Part shown: in pieces, positions 1 to 10,534 of the stretch
Position numbering within the stretch: position 1 is the first letter of the stretch
Layout: each line of letters starts with the position of its first letter
Assembly: GCF_038138445.1 (NCBI RefSeq)
Contig: NZ_JAYQDQ010000010.1
Span: forward strand, 3,236 to 67,235
DNA: 64,000 nt
DNA from: Vibrio sp.
Lineage (GTDB): Bacteria > Pseudomonadota > Gammaproteobacteria > Enterobacterales > Vibrionaceae
Direction: 5' to 3'
Position numbers and translations under genes: made by a program
The notes under the pieces: model-generated
Told to the model about the DNA's origin: nothing
What the model saw: only the letters and a program-made list of their open reading frames with translations
The model's database searches: none

Positions 1-422
1 ACCAAGCTGCAGAGATGACTCCCGTGGAGGGAGTATTAATTGGTGGAAATCACACACTTGTTGCAGCAACTATTGGCACTCGATTTTCTCCAGATTTTAA
101 CGGAAAAATTTTGTTTCTAGAGGATGTGGGCGTGTCTTATCGCCAGCTTGATAGGTCGCTTCAGCAGTTACTGTTTTTGAATGATTTTAACGTTAGCGGT
201 ATTGTGTTTGGCCAGTATTTTCCTCTAGAAGCCGATGATGCTGACAGACTCATTTTTAAAACTGTGATTGCTGAGTTTGCTAAAAAATTCAACAAGCCGG
301 TTTATTACTATCCAGCGATAGGCCATGGCAGAGAAAATCATCCACTGATATTGGGTGCTAAGGCTTCGTTGGTATGTGAAGATAATAACGAATACTGCAC
401 CCTAAAACAGAAAATAAACTGA
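1..422 (+). CDS. LD-carboxypeptidase / MccF-like S66 peptidase, C-terminal part (5' end lies outside window)
   Basis: Reading frame is open from nt 3, so the ATG at 15 is probably internal. Product has GKILFLEDVG..YRQLDRSLQQL and GHGRENHP, which match the C-terminal domain of S66 LD-carboxypeptidases. TGA at 420-422. Confidence 0.7.
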   Translation, partial: QAAEMTPVEGVLIGGNHTLVAATIGTRFSPDFNGKILFLEDVGVSYRQLDRSLQQLLFLNDFNVSGIVFGQYFPLEADDADRLIFKTVIAEFAKKFNKPVYYYPAIGHGRENHPLILGAKASLVCEDNNEYCTLKQKIN

Positions 423-448
423 AGAGACTTTATTGCCTGTAAGAATGT

Positions 449-477
449 AAAAAAGCCCTCAAGCTTGGCTTGAGGGC
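449..477 (-). terminator. Rho-independent terminator of lafA, between convergent genes
   Basis: Perfect 10-bp stem gccctcaagc/gcttgagggc (455-464 / 468-477) with a 3-nt loop. The A-run at 449-454 is a U-run on the minus-strand transcript. Confidence 0.7.
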
Positions 478-562
478 AAAGTTACCTGAGGCATTCAACG
501 GGTATGATAGAATGCGGAGTAACAAGTTTACGGAGTAAATATTAGAAGGGTATGGATGTCTA

Positions 563-1390
563 TTAACGAAGTAGAGACATTGCCATTCCAGGTAGCTGAT
601 TAGTTTGAGAAAGTACAGTTGTACCTGCTTGCATCAGCATCTGGTTCTTTGTCATGTTAGAAGACTCAACAGCAAAGTCTGCGTCAGTAATACGACCTTT
701 CGCCGCAGCTGTGTTCTCAGAGATATTCGCTAGGTTGTTGATTGTGTGCTCAAGGCGGTTGATATTTGCACCTAGTGATGAACGCACAGTGTTGATTTGG
801 TCGAATAAACCATCAACAGTAGCGATTTCAGCGTTAGAGTCAGCATTAGAAGTAAGGTCACCAGTTGACGTAAAGCCGATGCCGCCTAGTGCAGCAGATA
901 CATCAACGGTGAGCTTCTCACTGCCCGATGCGCCGATTTGGAAATCAATTGCTCCAGCGAGTTTACCACCAGCTAGTAGCTTTTGACCTGCGCCATAGGT
1001 TGTTTCCCCCATAATACGTACAGCTTCTTTTTCAAGCTCTTGGTACTCTGCGTTTAGCGCAGCAAGCTCAGTTGTACCGTTTGTGCCGTTCGCACCTTGA
1101 GTTGCAAGGTCTTTCATGCGGTATGCAATGTTAGTCAACTCTTCTAGAGCACCGTCTGCAGTTTGAAGCATAGAAATGGCATCTTGAGAGTTACGCATGG
1201 CAACAGACATACCACGAGTTTGTGCTTCAAGTTTGTTAGCGATAGTTAGGCCAGCTGCATCGTCAGATGCAGAGTTAATACGCATACCTGTACTTAGGCG
1301 CTCCATAGCAGTCGTCAATAGATCGTTTGTGCTGCTTAGCGTGTTTTGCGTAACAAGTGAAGCGTAGTTAGTGTGCATTGATAAAGCCAT
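563..1390 (-). CDS. lafA: Lateral-type flagellin (275 aa)
   Basis: Start trimmed to [18 protein letters not shown], preceded by aaggag. Conserved flagellin N-terminus ([18 protein letters not shown]) and C-terminus ([18 protein letters not shown]). Short central domain, as in lateral flagellins. Lies directly downstream of flhA, as in the V. parahaemolyticus laf locus. Confidence 0.9.
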   Translation of the reverse strand: MALSMHTNYASLVTQNTLSSTNDLLTTAMERLSTGMRINSASDDAAGLTIANKLEAQTRGMSVAMRNSQDAISMLQTADGALEELTNIAYRMKDLATQGANGTNGTTELAALNAEYQELEKEAVRIMGETTYGAGQKLLAGGKLAGAIDFQIGASGSEKLTVDVSAALGGIGFTSTGDLTSNADSNAEIATVDGLFDQINTVRSSLGANINRLEHTINNLANISENTAAAKGRITDADFAVESSNMTKNQMLMQAGTTVLSQTNQLPGMAMSLLR

Positions 1391-1603
1391 CTTGGTCTCC
1401 TTGGTTGGTAACAATACTCAGATGTTGGCTTCAGGATTTCCCCTGGTCACTAACAAGAGGCGGACGCTGCTTGTTTGAAATTAATAAAAAATTTAACTTT
1501 CGATTAAAATTGATGATTATTAGACGTTTTTAGTGATATTCATTCCATTAATTGACCCATTCGGACCAATTAATGGAGGTTGAGAATCAATCGATTATTT
1601 CGG

Positions 1604-3694
1604 TTACCCTAAGTTTCCGACGATATTAATTTGCTTAGTTTCGGGAATTTCGTTGTAAGATAAAACGGCCAGACCTGCTGAAAAAGTACGTGCATACCTG
1701 GCAAGCAATGGGCGCAGCTGTGGCATGACAAGTAAAATAGGTGCTAGCCCTTGCTGCTTTAGTTGCTGTTTAATCAAAGGTAAGTTTTGCTGAAACTGCC
1801 CAAGAATGTTTGGCTCAACCGGAAAGCTATCTAGATTCACACTGCCGTTAGACTGTGCTTGCTGTAGTGAAGTCATCAGCATCTGTTCCAATTCATCTGA
1901 TAAGGTATAGACCTTTAGCTCATCGCTGGTTCCTGCAATGAGATTGACTAAAGTTCGCCTTAATGCACAGCGAACATCCGCGGCCAGTAATATCGGATCT
2001 TTGGTTTTTTCTGATGACTCAAGCATAGTGTTGGCGATGGTTCTAATGTCTTGCAGAGGCACTTGGTCAAGCAGTAACTGGCGAAATACTTTAAGTTGCT
2101 GAGCTGGATTTAACGCTGCACCCAGAGCTTCAGCTAGTTTGGGGGCTTGTTGGGTGAGCCTTTGCATCATGGCATCAACATCATCGTGATTAAACAGCTC
2201 TGAGAGATGAGTTTTAATGACCTTACTAATATGGGTTGCAATGACTGTTGCGTCATCAACGACTTGATAACCCATATTTAGTGCTTTGGCTTTATCACTG
2301 TGTTCGATCCACACTGCAGGTAATTGATAGGCGGGATCGCTGCCAAGAATGCCATCTACTTCACCATAGGTTTCTCCTACGGCAATCGCCATTAAGCGCT
2401 GAGGTTCGATCAAACCTTGCTCAATTACTTCCCCATTTAGAGCGATAGTATATTGATTTGGCTTAAGGCTTAAATTGTCACGGATGCGAACCTCAGGCAG
2501 TAAAAAGCCAACTTGCTCTGAAAGGTTACGTCTTACGCCTCTTATTCTTTGGGTGAGTGGTGCGCCTTGATCTTTATTGACTAAGTGAACCAAACGATAG
2601 CCAAGAGAGAGAGAAAGTGTGTGTACGTGCGGAATGTCATCCCAACTCAGCGGTGTTTCATCTTGCTGCATTGCTTGAGTCATGACTTCAACTTGCTCAA
2701 GCTCGGGATCGTAAAAAGCAGCTTTGTTTTGTCGCCAACCCGCAAAAGCTAATGCCGCCGCGAAGCTAAAGAAAGCTAGGTGTGGCATGCCGGGTACCAT
2801 GCCTATAATGAGCATAACGGCCGCGACTGTAAATAGTGTTTTAGGAGAGGCTAACAATTGTTTTTGCATAGTGTCTGATAGCGCGTTATCACTATCATTA
2901 ATGCGAGTCACTATGATTGCAGCAGCGGTTGCAAGCAACAGAGAGGGTATTTGTGCGACTAGCCCGTCACCAATGGTCAGCAGGGCATAGGTTTTAAATG
3001 CTTCAGAGGCGGCAAGCCCATGTTCAAAAACACCAATGCTGATACCGCCAATAATATTGATGAATAAGATCAATAGACCAGCAATCGCATCACCCCGTAC
3101 AAATTTTGATGCGCCATCCATAGAACCATGAAAATCGGCTTCATTGGCGACTTCTTGTCGGCGTCGACGAGCGCCTTGTTGATCAATCAGTCCTGCATTG
3201 AGATCCGCATCTATCGCCATTTGTTTGCCGGGTAAGGCATCAAGAGTAAAGCGGGCTGACACTTCTGAAATGCGTTCTCCCCCTTTGGTAATGACGACAA
3301 AGTTAATGATCATCAAAATGACAAAAATGACCATACCCACCACATAGTTACCGCCAATGACAACTTCACCAAAAGCTTGAATGACCTTACCAGCAGCATC
3401 ACCACCATTATGGCCTTCAAGTAATACCACACGAGTAGAAGCAACGTTGAGTGTGAGCCTGAGTAGTGTGGCGACTAGCAAAATAGTTGGGAAAATTGAA
3501 AAGTCCAACGGCCGCTTGGCTGTCGTACTTACTAATAAAACCAAAATGGCGAGCACAATGTTAAAGGTAAATAAGGCATCAAGTAACAATGGTGGGAGAG
3601 GGAGGATAACCATCGCCAATATCATGAGTAAGACCAGCGGTATGCCGACATAGCCTTTGGTGGAGTTTTGTATCTGCGCTATCCGATTGAGCAT
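1604..3694 (-). CDS. flhA: Flagellar export gate protein FlhA (lateral system)
   Basis: 696 aa. N-terminal multi-TM region plus a large cytoplasmic domain typical of the FHIPEP family. aagga RBS. Sits in the flhB-flhA operon context. Confidence 0.95.
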   Translation of the reverse strand: MLNRIAQIQNSTKGYVGIPLVLLMILAMVILPLPPLLLDALFTFNIVLAILVLLVSTTAKRPLDFSIFPTILLVATLLRLTLNVASTRVVLLEGHNGGDAAGKVIQAFGEVVIGGNYVVGMVIFVILMIINFVVITKGGERISEVSARFTLDALPGKQMAIDADLNAGLIDQQGARRRRQEVANEADFHGSMDGASKFVRGDAIAGLLILFINIIGGISIGVFEHGLAASEAFKTYALLTIGDGLVAQIPSLLLATAAAIIVTRINDSDNALSDTMQKQLLASPKTLFTVAAVMLIIGMVPGMPHLAFFSFAAALAFAGWRQNKAAFYDPELEQVEVMTQAMQQDETPLSWDDIPHVHTLSLSLGYRLVHLVNKDQGAPLTQRIRGVRRNLSEQVGFLLPEVRIRDNLSLKPNQYTIALNGEVIEQGLIEPQRLMAIAVGETYGEVDGILGSDPAYQLPAVWIEHSDKAKALNMGYQVVDDATVIATHISKVIKTHLSELFNHDDVDAMMQRLTQQAPKLAEALGAALNPAQQLKVFRQLLLDQVPLQDIRTIANTMLESSEKTKDPILLAADVRCALRRTLVNLIAGTSDELKVYTLSDELEQMLMTSLQQAQSNGSVNLDSFPVEPNILGQFQQNLPLIKQQLKQQGLAPILLVMPQLRPLLARYARTFSAGLAVLSYNEIPETKQINIVGNLG

Positions 3695-3725
3695 GAGCGG
3701 GTGTCCTTGGGTTAATAACGGATGA

Positions 3726-4853
3726 TCAATGTTGTAAGTGCTTAGGAATTGCTAAATAAGGTAAAGGCATCGGCTTTTCACCTTTGCCCGTTTTGAATGC
3801 TTTAAGTTGCATCACGTAAGTAAGAATATGAGCAATGGCAACGTATAACTGACTTGGTATTGCTTGTTCTATCGCTGTAGTGTGGTAAATGGCGCGAGTT
3901 AAGGGCGGCGCATTGATGATTTCAACTTGGTTATCGCGAGCCACCCTTTGGATATGCATTGCTGTTTCATCGATACCTTTTGCTACAACGAAGGGGGCAT
4001 CTGAGCGGCTTAAATCATATTTGATCGCCACAGCATAATGAGTAGGGTTAGTGATCACGACATCAGCGTCAGGCACCATTTTGTCTATCTTTCGGCGAGC
4101 AAATTGCTGTTGAATTTGACGGATGCGCTGCTTGACTTCAGGTCGACCCTCGTTATTTTTAAATTCTTCTTTTAGCTCTTGTTTGGTCATTTTGAGCTCT
4201 TTTCCATGCTCCCACTTTTGATAAGGAATATCGATCACACCAAATATGAGAAGAGCGAGTCCCATCAATAATAAGCCGTCGAATAAGATTTGCATGACAT
4301 TAACGACTCCTTGTGTAAGAGGCAGCCTTTGCATACCAAGCAGAGGCTGAAGGTGATTACTCAAATAGGCATAGAGAATAGAGAAAATAACCAAAACTTT
4401 AATAAATGACTTGATAAGCTCAACCAAGGAACGGCTCGAAAACATTCTTTTGATTCCCGTAATAGGGTTCAACTTACTCAGTTTTGGTAGCGTATTGGCC
4501 ATTCGAAACATCCAGCCTCCAAGCACCATGGTACTGGCTAATGTTGCTAGAATAATGACGATAAATAGGGGAAGGAGTAAAGCAATGATCACGCCGAGGC
4601 TATGTCCAAGATGCTCGATCATTTGCATTGGATTTTCTAAATCTTGCCTTGTCAGGGACATATTAAAACGAAAGATACCGGCGATATTGTCCCAGATCAC
4701 AGAGATTTGGCTGTCAAAGTATACAGCAACAACCAGAAATAGCGCGGCGGTCGTAAACTCTTTCGCTCTAGGAACTTGGCCTTGTTCACGAGCTTTTTTA
4801 ATCTTTTGTGGTGAGGCCTTTTCAGTTTTATCTTGAGAAGAAGATTCGCTCAT
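3726..4853 (-). CDS. flhB: Flagellar export switch protein FlhB
   Basis: 375 aa. N-terminus has KTEKASPQKIKKAREQGQVPRAKE, followed by 4 TM segments. NPTH autocleavage motif present (VVITNPTHYAVA). 4-nt overlap with the fliR stop. Confidence 0.95.
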   Translation of the reverse strand: MSESSSQDKTEKASPQKIKKAREQGQVPRAKEFTTAALFLVVAVYFDSQISVIWDNIAGIFRFNMSLTRQDLENPMQMIEHLGHSLGVIIALLLPLFIVIILATLASTMVLGGWMFRMANTLPKLSKLNPITGIKRMFSSRSLVELIKSFIKVLVIFSILYAYLSNHLQPLLGMQRLPLTQGVVNVMQILFDGLLLMGLALLIFGVIDIPYQKWEHGKELKMTKQELKEEFKNNEGRPEVKQRIRQIQQQFARRKIDKMVPDADVVITNPTHYAVAIKYDLSRSDAPFVVAKGIDETAMHIQRVARDNQVEIINAPPLTRAIYHTTAIEQAIPSQLYVAIAHILTYVMQLKAFKTGKGEKPMPLPYLAIPKHLQH

Positions 4854-5626
4854 CCGCCCCCCATCATATACTGGTTTAGGAAGCGCAATGTATCGTTAAC
4901 CAAAATAGTGTAACGACTTGGAACGCCGGATATGGAGATCAATACGCTGAATAAGCCCAACAGCATAGTCATAGGAAAGCCCAGAGCGTAGACGTTAAGG
5001 GAGGGCGCTGCTCGATTCATAACGCCAAAGCTGATGTTTGCCAGTAACATGGAAACAATCGCAGGGATAGCGAGAGCGAGTGCTGAAGCAAACATCCAAC
5101 CAAAAATATTAACTACGCCTTTGAGTGAAGCAGATGTCAGCCCAGAGCCAACTGGCCATAGGGTAAAGCTCTGAATAAGAACATCAATAACAACAAGGTG
5201 TCCCTCTAAAGAGAGAAACAACAAGGTACTAAAGATTAAGAACAAACGACCAAGAATGGCGACAGACATGCCATTGACAGGATCGTTCATAATGGCCATA
5301 CCTAGCCCCATTTGCATTGAAATAGTTTGGCCTAGAGTGGTAAAAATACTAAAGAGTAAATGGAGAATTAGGCCAAAAAACAGTCCCCAAATTGCTTGCT
5401 CAAAGGCTAAATAAAGCGATGTGAATGAAAAAAGGTCAACCGCTGGCATTGCAGGCATTAGAGGGGCAGCAACCACCACAATCGATAGCGCCAATAGGCT
5501 GCGAACCCAGACAGGTATCAGAGCATCACCAAAGAAGGGCATTGAGATAAATACTGTACCCACTCGAAAGAACGGCCACCAAAACTGACCAATCGTGCGT
5601 GAAATATCTGCAAAGGTAATATCCAT
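4850..5626 (-). CDS. fliR: Flagellar export apparatus protein FliR
   Basis: 258-aa polytopic membrane protein between fliQ and flhB. Start and stop codons overlap the neighbours, suggesting translational coupling. Confidence 0.9.
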   Translation of the reverse strand: MDITFADISRTIGQFWWPFFRVGTVFISMPFFGDALIPVWVRSLLALSIVVVAAPLMPAMPAVDLFSFTSLYLAFEQAIWGLFFGLILHLLFSIFTTLGQTISMQMGLGMAIMNDPVNGMSVAILGRLFLIFSTLLFLSLEGHLVVIDVLIQSFTLWPVGSGLTSASLKGVVNIFGWMFASALALAIPAIVSMLLANISFGVMNRAAPSLNVYALGFPMTMLLGLFSVLISISGVPSRYTILVNDTLRFLNQYMMGGG

Positions 5627-5895
5627 TAGCCGATCATTCCTGGGATGTTATGGAACAAGTAGTCAAACAGTTCCATGATTTTTCTCAGCATCCAGTGACC
5701 TGCGAATATCACCATAAGAAGAGTGATCAGTAAGCGGGGTAAAAAGCTTAGAGTTTGCTCGTTTATTTGTGTGGCAGCCTGAAAAATAGCAATGCCTAGC
5801 CCGACAATCAGTCCAGGTAAAACTAATACTGCAACCATTAGGATGATTAGCCACACGGCATTGGAAAACAGAGTAACGGTCATTTCTGGTGTCAT
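5626..5895 (-). CDS. fliQ: Flagellar export apparatus protein FliQ
   Basis: 89-aa, 2-TM protein with AIFQAATQINEQTLSFLPRL, the FliQ/YscS signature region. Confidence 0.9.
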   Translation of the reverse strand: MTPEMTVTLFSNAVWLIILMVAVLVLPGLIVGLGIAIFQAATQINEQTLSFLPRLLITLLMVIFAGHWMLRKIMELFDYLFHNIPGMIG

Positions 5896-5907
5896 TATGT
5901 CTCCTTG

Positions 5908-6666
5908 CTAACCGAAACTGGCCGATAGGGTACCCACTGTCATGGCCCATCCGTCGACTAAGACAAAAACAACCAATTTAAAGGGTAAAGAAATAATCAG
6001 TGGTGACAGCATCATCATCCCCATTGCCATCAAGACGCTCGCTACAACCAGGTCAATGATTAAGAAAGGAATAAACAGCATGAAGCCAATTTGAAACGCA
6101 GTTTTGAGTTCACTGATCACAAAGGCTGGAAGAATGATGGCCAGTGAAATATCTTCAACTTTTGAGTCTATAGGTTCATTAGCAATACGCATCATTTGCT
6201 CTAAAGAGTTTTGCTGCGTTTGAGAGAGCATGAAATGTCTTACAGGCTTTTCTGCTATTGAAAAGGCTTCGACTAAAGATATCTGACCGTTATCGTAAGG
6301 TTGGAAAGCATTTTGGTAGATATCGGTCCAAACAGGTCGCATGATCAGCAAAGAAAGTGCCAGAGCAATACCCACTAACACCCTATTGGGTGGGCTCTGC
6401 TGTAGGCCAAGTGCCTGACGAAGAATAGCCAGCACGACTATGATGCGGGTGAAGCTGGTGGCCATAAGAATAAAGGCAGGCAGAAAACTTAGCGCAGTCA
6501 TCAAAAGCAGAATTTGCAATTTAACGCTGTATTCTTGCTGTGATGCACCATCTGTAACAGATAGGATGGTTAAGCCAGATTCACTGGCAGCACAAGGGAA
6601 ACCAATGAAGAGAGTTAACCAACCAATAGGCGTTATCCACCTCATCAAAGAAGAAGATTTAGTCAT
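5908..6666 (-). CDS. fliP: Flagellar export apparatus protein FliP
   Basis: 252 aa with an N-terminal signal-like segment. FliP/YscR-type core ([25 protein letters not shown]). No fliO gene lies between fliN and fliP; the gap is only 14 nt. Confidence 0.9.
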   Translation of the reverse strand: MTKSSSLMRWITPIGWLTLFIGFPCAASESGLTILSVTDGASQQEYSVKLQILLLMTALSFLPAFILMATSFTRIIVVLAILRQALGLQQSPPNRVLVGIALALSLLIMRPVWTDIYQNAFQPYDNGQISLVEAFSIAEKPVRHFMLSQTQQNSLEQMMRIANEPIDSKVEDISLAIILPAFVISELKTAFQIGFMLFIPFLIIDLVVASVLMAMGMMMLSPLIISLPFKLVVFVLVDGWAMTVGTLSASFG

Positions 6667-6680
6667 TTTTGTATAAGCCT

Positions 6681-7049
6681 TTACTGAATCGCAGAGGTAA
6701 GGGCTGAATCGACAACATCAATAAGTCTTAGGCCATACTTTTCGTTTACTACGACTACTTCAGCATGCCCCATTAATGATCCATTGACTTTGACATCAAG
6801 CGGCTCTCCGTTGAGTTTATCAAGCTCAATAACACTTCCTGAGCCAGCTTTCATCAGCTCACCAAGAGCAATATCTCTACTGGCGACCTCCAATGTGACT
6901 GTGACAGGGATATTTTTAAAGAAACTTAAGTCACGCTCTGGAGTGTGGGTGGTGAACTCTAAGTCTTCGTTGGGTGTTTCCTCTAGTTGAAAATCGTCGA
7001 AGTCCAATTCATCAGCATTAAAGGCTGGGATATCCGTTGACTCGCTCAT
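6681..7049 (-). CDS. fliN: Flagellar motor switch protein FliN
   Basis: 122 aa with an acidic N-terminus. C-terminal SpoA domain ([29 protein letters not shown]...[12 protein letters not shown]). Confidence 0.85.
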   Translation of the reverse strand: MSESTDIPAFNADELDFDDFQLEETPNEDLEFTTHTPERDLSFFKNIPVTVTLEVASRDIALGELMKAGSGSVIELDKLNGEPLDVKVNGSLMGHAEVVVVNEKYGLRLIDVVDSALTSAIQ

Positions 7050-7864
7050 TACAAAGATTCCTTATCATGGTTAAGAATTAAAACAAGTTGACCGTCATTG
7101 TCCGCTACAGTGCCGTTGAATAAATGCTGTTGCCCAATACTGACAGGAACCGAAGATAACAATTCAACGGGTAATATATCTGTAGGTTTTAGCGACAAAA
7201 GCTCACTAAGGGGCATGCGTTTTTGACACAGTAAAGCGGTGAGTTTTACTGGTGTGGACTCTAGAGATTGGCAAAAAGGAAGATACATGGACTCCTTAGG
7301 TTGCAAATCTAACTCTTGAGTCAAAGTATCGACAAGTGCTTCATCAAGTTTGATATGAATACTGCCGTGATGGTCGTCGAAGGTGATATTGATGGTGGCA
7401 TAAAGCCCCGTACCTTGGGTTGGTTCAAATTCGCATCGAGTCCACATTTTCTGTGGTGCTAACCAACTTCCGATAATAGTCCCGACTTTTTCTTGGAGAC
7501 GTAGGTCGCTGTTACTTAGCTCGCTACAGCTCCTTTCTACTTTTGTGGCATAGAAACTATCAGCAAGTTTAATTAATGTTGGACTGTCGATATAGGTGAA
7601 TATTCTACCGCCTGATTGATGCTTAAATGTACTTATTAATGATTTTTTCATTTCATCTGCGGAGAAGGTGTGAAGTGAAACAACATTTATATTACATTTG
7701 ATGTTATATGATTTTAGCCAGTTCTGAAGTTCATAGGTTAAAATATTGCACGAGTTTGATATTAGGCTATCCAACTTATCTCGAATAATGTGAATTGGCT
7801 TTCCTAAGGATTCAATACCTAATGTTTGAAAATCTGGAATAGAAGTATTTCTTAATCGTTCCAT
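7049..7864 (-). CDS. fliM: Flagellar motor switch protein FliM (short, lateral type)
   Basis: 271 aa. Its stop overlaps the fliN start by 1 nt. The C-terminal part resembles a SpoA/FliM_C domain. The call rests mainly on position at the head of the fliMNPQR-flhBA operon. Confidence 0.7.
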   Translation of the reverse strand: MERLRNTSIPDFQTLGIESLGKPIHIIRDKLDSLISNSCNILTYELQNWLKSYNIKCNINVVSLHTFSADEMKKSLISTFKHQSGGRIFTYIDSPTLIKLADSFYATKVERSCSELSNSDLRLQEKVGTIIGSWLAPQKMWTRCEFEPTQGTGLYATINITFDDHHGSIHIKLDEALVDTLTQELDLQPKESMYLPFCQSLESTPVKLTALLCQKRMPLSELLSLKPTDILPVELLSSVPVSIGQQHLFNGTVADNDGQLVLILNHDKESL

Positions 7865-8275
7865 TTATATTTTACCATGTTCTGACAAAGTGGTTATATA
7901 ATTTTCTACATCAATTTATAGTAATCTACATACATTTTTTTGTTGTAAATAAGTCTTGTTTATAAAATTTGTGATTTTACTCCATATGTTGATTTTAATT
8001 CCTAATTCACATCTTCTCATTAAAAATAAAAAAGGGTAGTTTGCAATATATGCAAATGATGAATGTCTTAATCTGATTCTTGATGCATAATGAATGTTTC
8101 TATGCAATTGGTTTTAAAGGGTTTTTATTGATTTGTTACATAATTGACGCATAAATGAACAAATGTTTAAGTTATTGAACTTAGAGGTTAAACCTTATGG
8201 CTTATACAGTCGCTCATACTAAATAGTTGCCAAAATTAAATGCCTCACTAATTAAATGGTCCTTAAAGAATAGTT

Positions 8276-9187
8276 ATGAATATCGATGTCAAAAAAAAAT
8301 ATCTATTTCTTATTATTTTCTACTGTTCGTCCGCTCTAGCGAATTTTGAGCAGGAAGTTCCAATGGATGAAGTAAATTGGATTTATAAAGGGAGTAGCTT
8401 AAAGTGTAGTTTAATTTTTTCTAACCCTTCCTATGGGAAGTTTTCTTTCCGCTCAGAGGAAATAGGTAAGACCAATTTAAAAGTTAATTTCGAAGGAAAT
8501 AATTATCGTTGGAAATATGGAAAACTATATAGTACTCCTGAGCCTTGGAATGACAATAATAAATCTAAGGGCATTGGCCATCATGTGCCAATTACAGATG
8601 GAAGGTTAACATTTAATCAAGATATAAACCTTCTTTTAGATAATATAAAGCAAGGTAGCTGGATTAAATTCAGTTTCAGCGGAAAACAAGCTTCCGAACT
8701 TCAATCATTATTACTGCCTACAACTCGTATTCAAAAGCCGCTCACCCAGTTTCAGCGTTGTCTATCCAAACTCCCCCTAATGTCCTATGCAACAGCAAGA
8801 GACCTTACTTTCTCTTTTTCTAAGGGAAGCCATACTCTTAATGATATACAGCAAAAGACCATATATGCCTTCTCTACCTACCTTAAAGCAGATGATGGTG
8901 TTACCCGCATTCTTATCGATGGATACAGCGACAATACAGGCTCAGACTTAAGCAATTTATCTTTATCTGAGCGAAGAGCAAATGCAGTCGCTAACGCTCT
9001 TTTAAATGACGGTATCTCGAAGACAAAGATACAAATACGATCACATGGTGTTCGTTACCCTGTCTCGAATAATGACACATTAGAAGGACAAGCGAAGAAT
9101 CGTCGTGTGACCGTTAGGTTAGTCCGACATGATGAAAAAGTGGTTCCCAAACAAACTCAAATAATTAACGACATGGAAGAGGCTTAA
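8276..9187 (+). CDS. motY: MotY-like stator-associated protein (MotY_N + OmpA-like peptidoglycan-binding domain)
   Basis: Signal peptide (YLFLIIFYCSSALA). C-terminal OmpA_C motif (ILIDGYSDNTGS...LSERRANAVANAL...NRRVTVRL). First gene of the operon divergent from fliM, as for motY_L in V. parahaemolyticus. Confidence 0.8.
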   Translation: MNIDVKKKYLFLIIFYCSSALANFEQEVPMDEVNWIYKGSSLKCSLIFSNPSYGKFSFRSEEIGKTNLKVNFEGNNYRWKYGKLYSTPEPWNDNNKSKGIGHHVPITDGRLTFNQDINLLLDNIKQGSWIKFSFSGKQASELQSLLLPTTRIQKPLTQFQRCLSKLPLMSYATARDLTFSFSKGSHTLNDIQQKTIYAFSTYLKADDGVTRILIDGYSDNTGSDLSNLSLSERRANAVANALLNDGISKTKIQIRSHGVRYPVSNNDTLEGQAKNRRVTVRLVRHDEKVVPKQTQIINDMEEA

Positions 9188-9189
9188 AG

Positions 9190-10521
9190 ATGACAAGCAC
9201 AAGTATTTTGTTAGTCGAGCCCAAGGATGAATTCGCACAGCCGATCATAAAAGTACTCGATCAGTCTGGATATCGAGTGACTCATGTTCGCACAGGCCGC
9301 AGTGCATTACTTGAACCCGTTACTGCCATTACCTTGGTGAGTTCAAATTTACCAGATATGTGTGTGCGTGAATTCGTTCATTGTCACAACAAACAGCTAG
9401 GAGCAGGTGTTGCTATTGCGATTGTCGAGCAAAACCAAGGGCTACTTGCTGCAGAAACCATGAAAGCTGGTGCGACCGATTATCTATTACGACCGTTTGA
9501 AAGTTGCCAACTGATCAGCTTACTTCGCCGCATTGAAGTGGTAGGTAAACCGATAGCAAACCTTGTGGCTGAATCTTGGCGCAGTAAGCAAGTTCTTCAA
9601 CTTGCACACAGAGCAGCCTGTACTAAAGCCAGTGTTTTAATCACTGGGGAGTCTGGTACTGGAAAAGAAGTTTTGGCGCGATATGTTCACCAGCACTCAC
9701 CTCGGGTAGATGGACCTTTTGTTGCGGTCAATTGCGCAGCTATTCCAGAGTCGATGCTTGAGGCAGTTTTGTTTGGCCATGTCAAAGGTGCCTTCACGGG
9801 GGCAACTCAGTCGCAAAGCGGTAAGTTTGAAGAGGCGGAACAGGGCACTATTTTCCTTGATGAAATTGGTGAGATGTCACCATCAGTACAAGCTAAATTA
9901 TTGCGCGTACTTCAAGAGCGGGAGGTTGAGCGTGTCGGAAGCCATAAAGCCGTCAAGCTTGATATCAGAGTCATTGCTGCAACCAACAAAGATCTGCGTG
10001 AAGAAGTGAAAAGTGGTCAGTTTCGTGAAGACCTTTATTATCGTTTAGATGTTTTGCCTCTGCATTGGCCTCCGCTTAGGGAACGAAGCGAAGATATCTT
10101 GCCCATCAGTCAATTTTTTATCAATAAGTATCAGGATGGTAGTCAATGCCACCTTTCTCACGATGCCAGAACCGCTTTGTGCCAGTACAACTGGCCAGGC
10201 AACATTCGTGAATTAGAAAACGTCATTCAACGAGCGCTTGTTATGCGCCATGGTGATTATATTACTGCGCAGGATCTTATGTTACCGATGGAGTTACTTT
10301 CCTCAGCACCGCAAGCGGCATCTCCACAAAGCATGGGGCATGTCGAAATTAAAAAGCAAGCAGAGTATCAGTACATTCTTGAACAATTGCGCCATTTTGG
10401 CGGAAATCGCACTAAAACAGCAAATGCGCTTGGTGTAACCACGCGCGCATTACGATACAAATTAGCCGCAATGCGTGAACAAGGCATTGATTTACAGTCA
10501 GCCCTTGGCTCGGCTGCTTAA
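9190..10521 (+). CDS. lafK: Sigma54-dependent flagellar master activator (LafK/FleQ/FlrA type)
   Basis: AAA+ sigma54-interaction domain ([14 protein letters not shown], ...RELEN). C-terminal Fis-type HTH (NRTKTANALGVTTRALRYKL). N-terminal receiver-like domain lacks the phospho-acceptor Asp. Confidence 0.85.
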   Translation: MTSTSILLVEPKDEFAQPIIKVLDQSGYRVTHVRTGRSALLEPVTAITLVSSNLPDMCVREFVHCHNKQLGAGVAIAIVEQNQGLLAAETMKAGATDYLLRPFESCQLISLLRRIEVVGKPIANLVAESWRSKQVLQLAHRAACTKASVLITGESGTGKEVLARYVHQHSPRVDGPFVAVNCAAIPESMLEAVLFGHVKGAFTGATQSQSGKFEEAEQGTIFLDEIGEMSPSVQAKLLRVLQEREVERVGSHKAVKLDIRVIAATNKDLREEVKSGQFREDLYYRLDVLPLHWPPLRERSEDILPISQFFINKYQDGSQCHLSHDARTALCQYNWPGNIRELENVIQRALVMRHGDYITAQDLMLPMELLSSAPQAASPQSMGHVEIKKQAEYQYILEQLRHFGGNRTKTANALGVTTRALRYKLAAMREQGIDLQSALGSAA

Positions 10522-10534
10522 AGGAGGAAAACGA

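Noticed and set aside
654-986. Antisense or alternative-frame ORFs inside well-supported genes. Examples: 654-986 in lafA, 2724-2990 and 3381-3653 in flhA, 5663-5950 over fliQ, 35259-35771 and 35817-36167 in zntA, 60453-60911 in the kinase gene.
   Set aside because: Each lies entirely within a gene that has strong family motifs on the other strand or frame. None has an RBS, and the products are low-complexity. They are typical shadow ORFs.
1391-1603. Searched for a sigma28-type promoter (TAAA-N15-GCCGATAA) upstream of lafA.
   Set aside because: The best candidate matches only 4/8 of the -10 element and lies about 170 nt upstream. It is not reportable.
8040-8056. Palindrome TTTGCA-atata-TGCAAA, plus TGCAT-N13-ATGCA at 8083-8105. 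Considered as an NtrC-type LafK enhancer site.
   Set aside because: These are short dyads in AT-rich DNA. I could not find a correctly spaced GG-N10-GC sigma54 element on either strand of 7865-8275; the best candidate, TGGCttatacagtCGC at 8198-8213, has the wrong spacing. The idea is unsupported.
7916-8107. 63-aa ORF in the fliM/motY divergent intergenic region.
   Set aside because: It lies in extremely AT-rich promoter DNA, has no RBS and has a junk-like Ile/Asn/Phe-rich product. The region is better explained as the divergent laf promoters.
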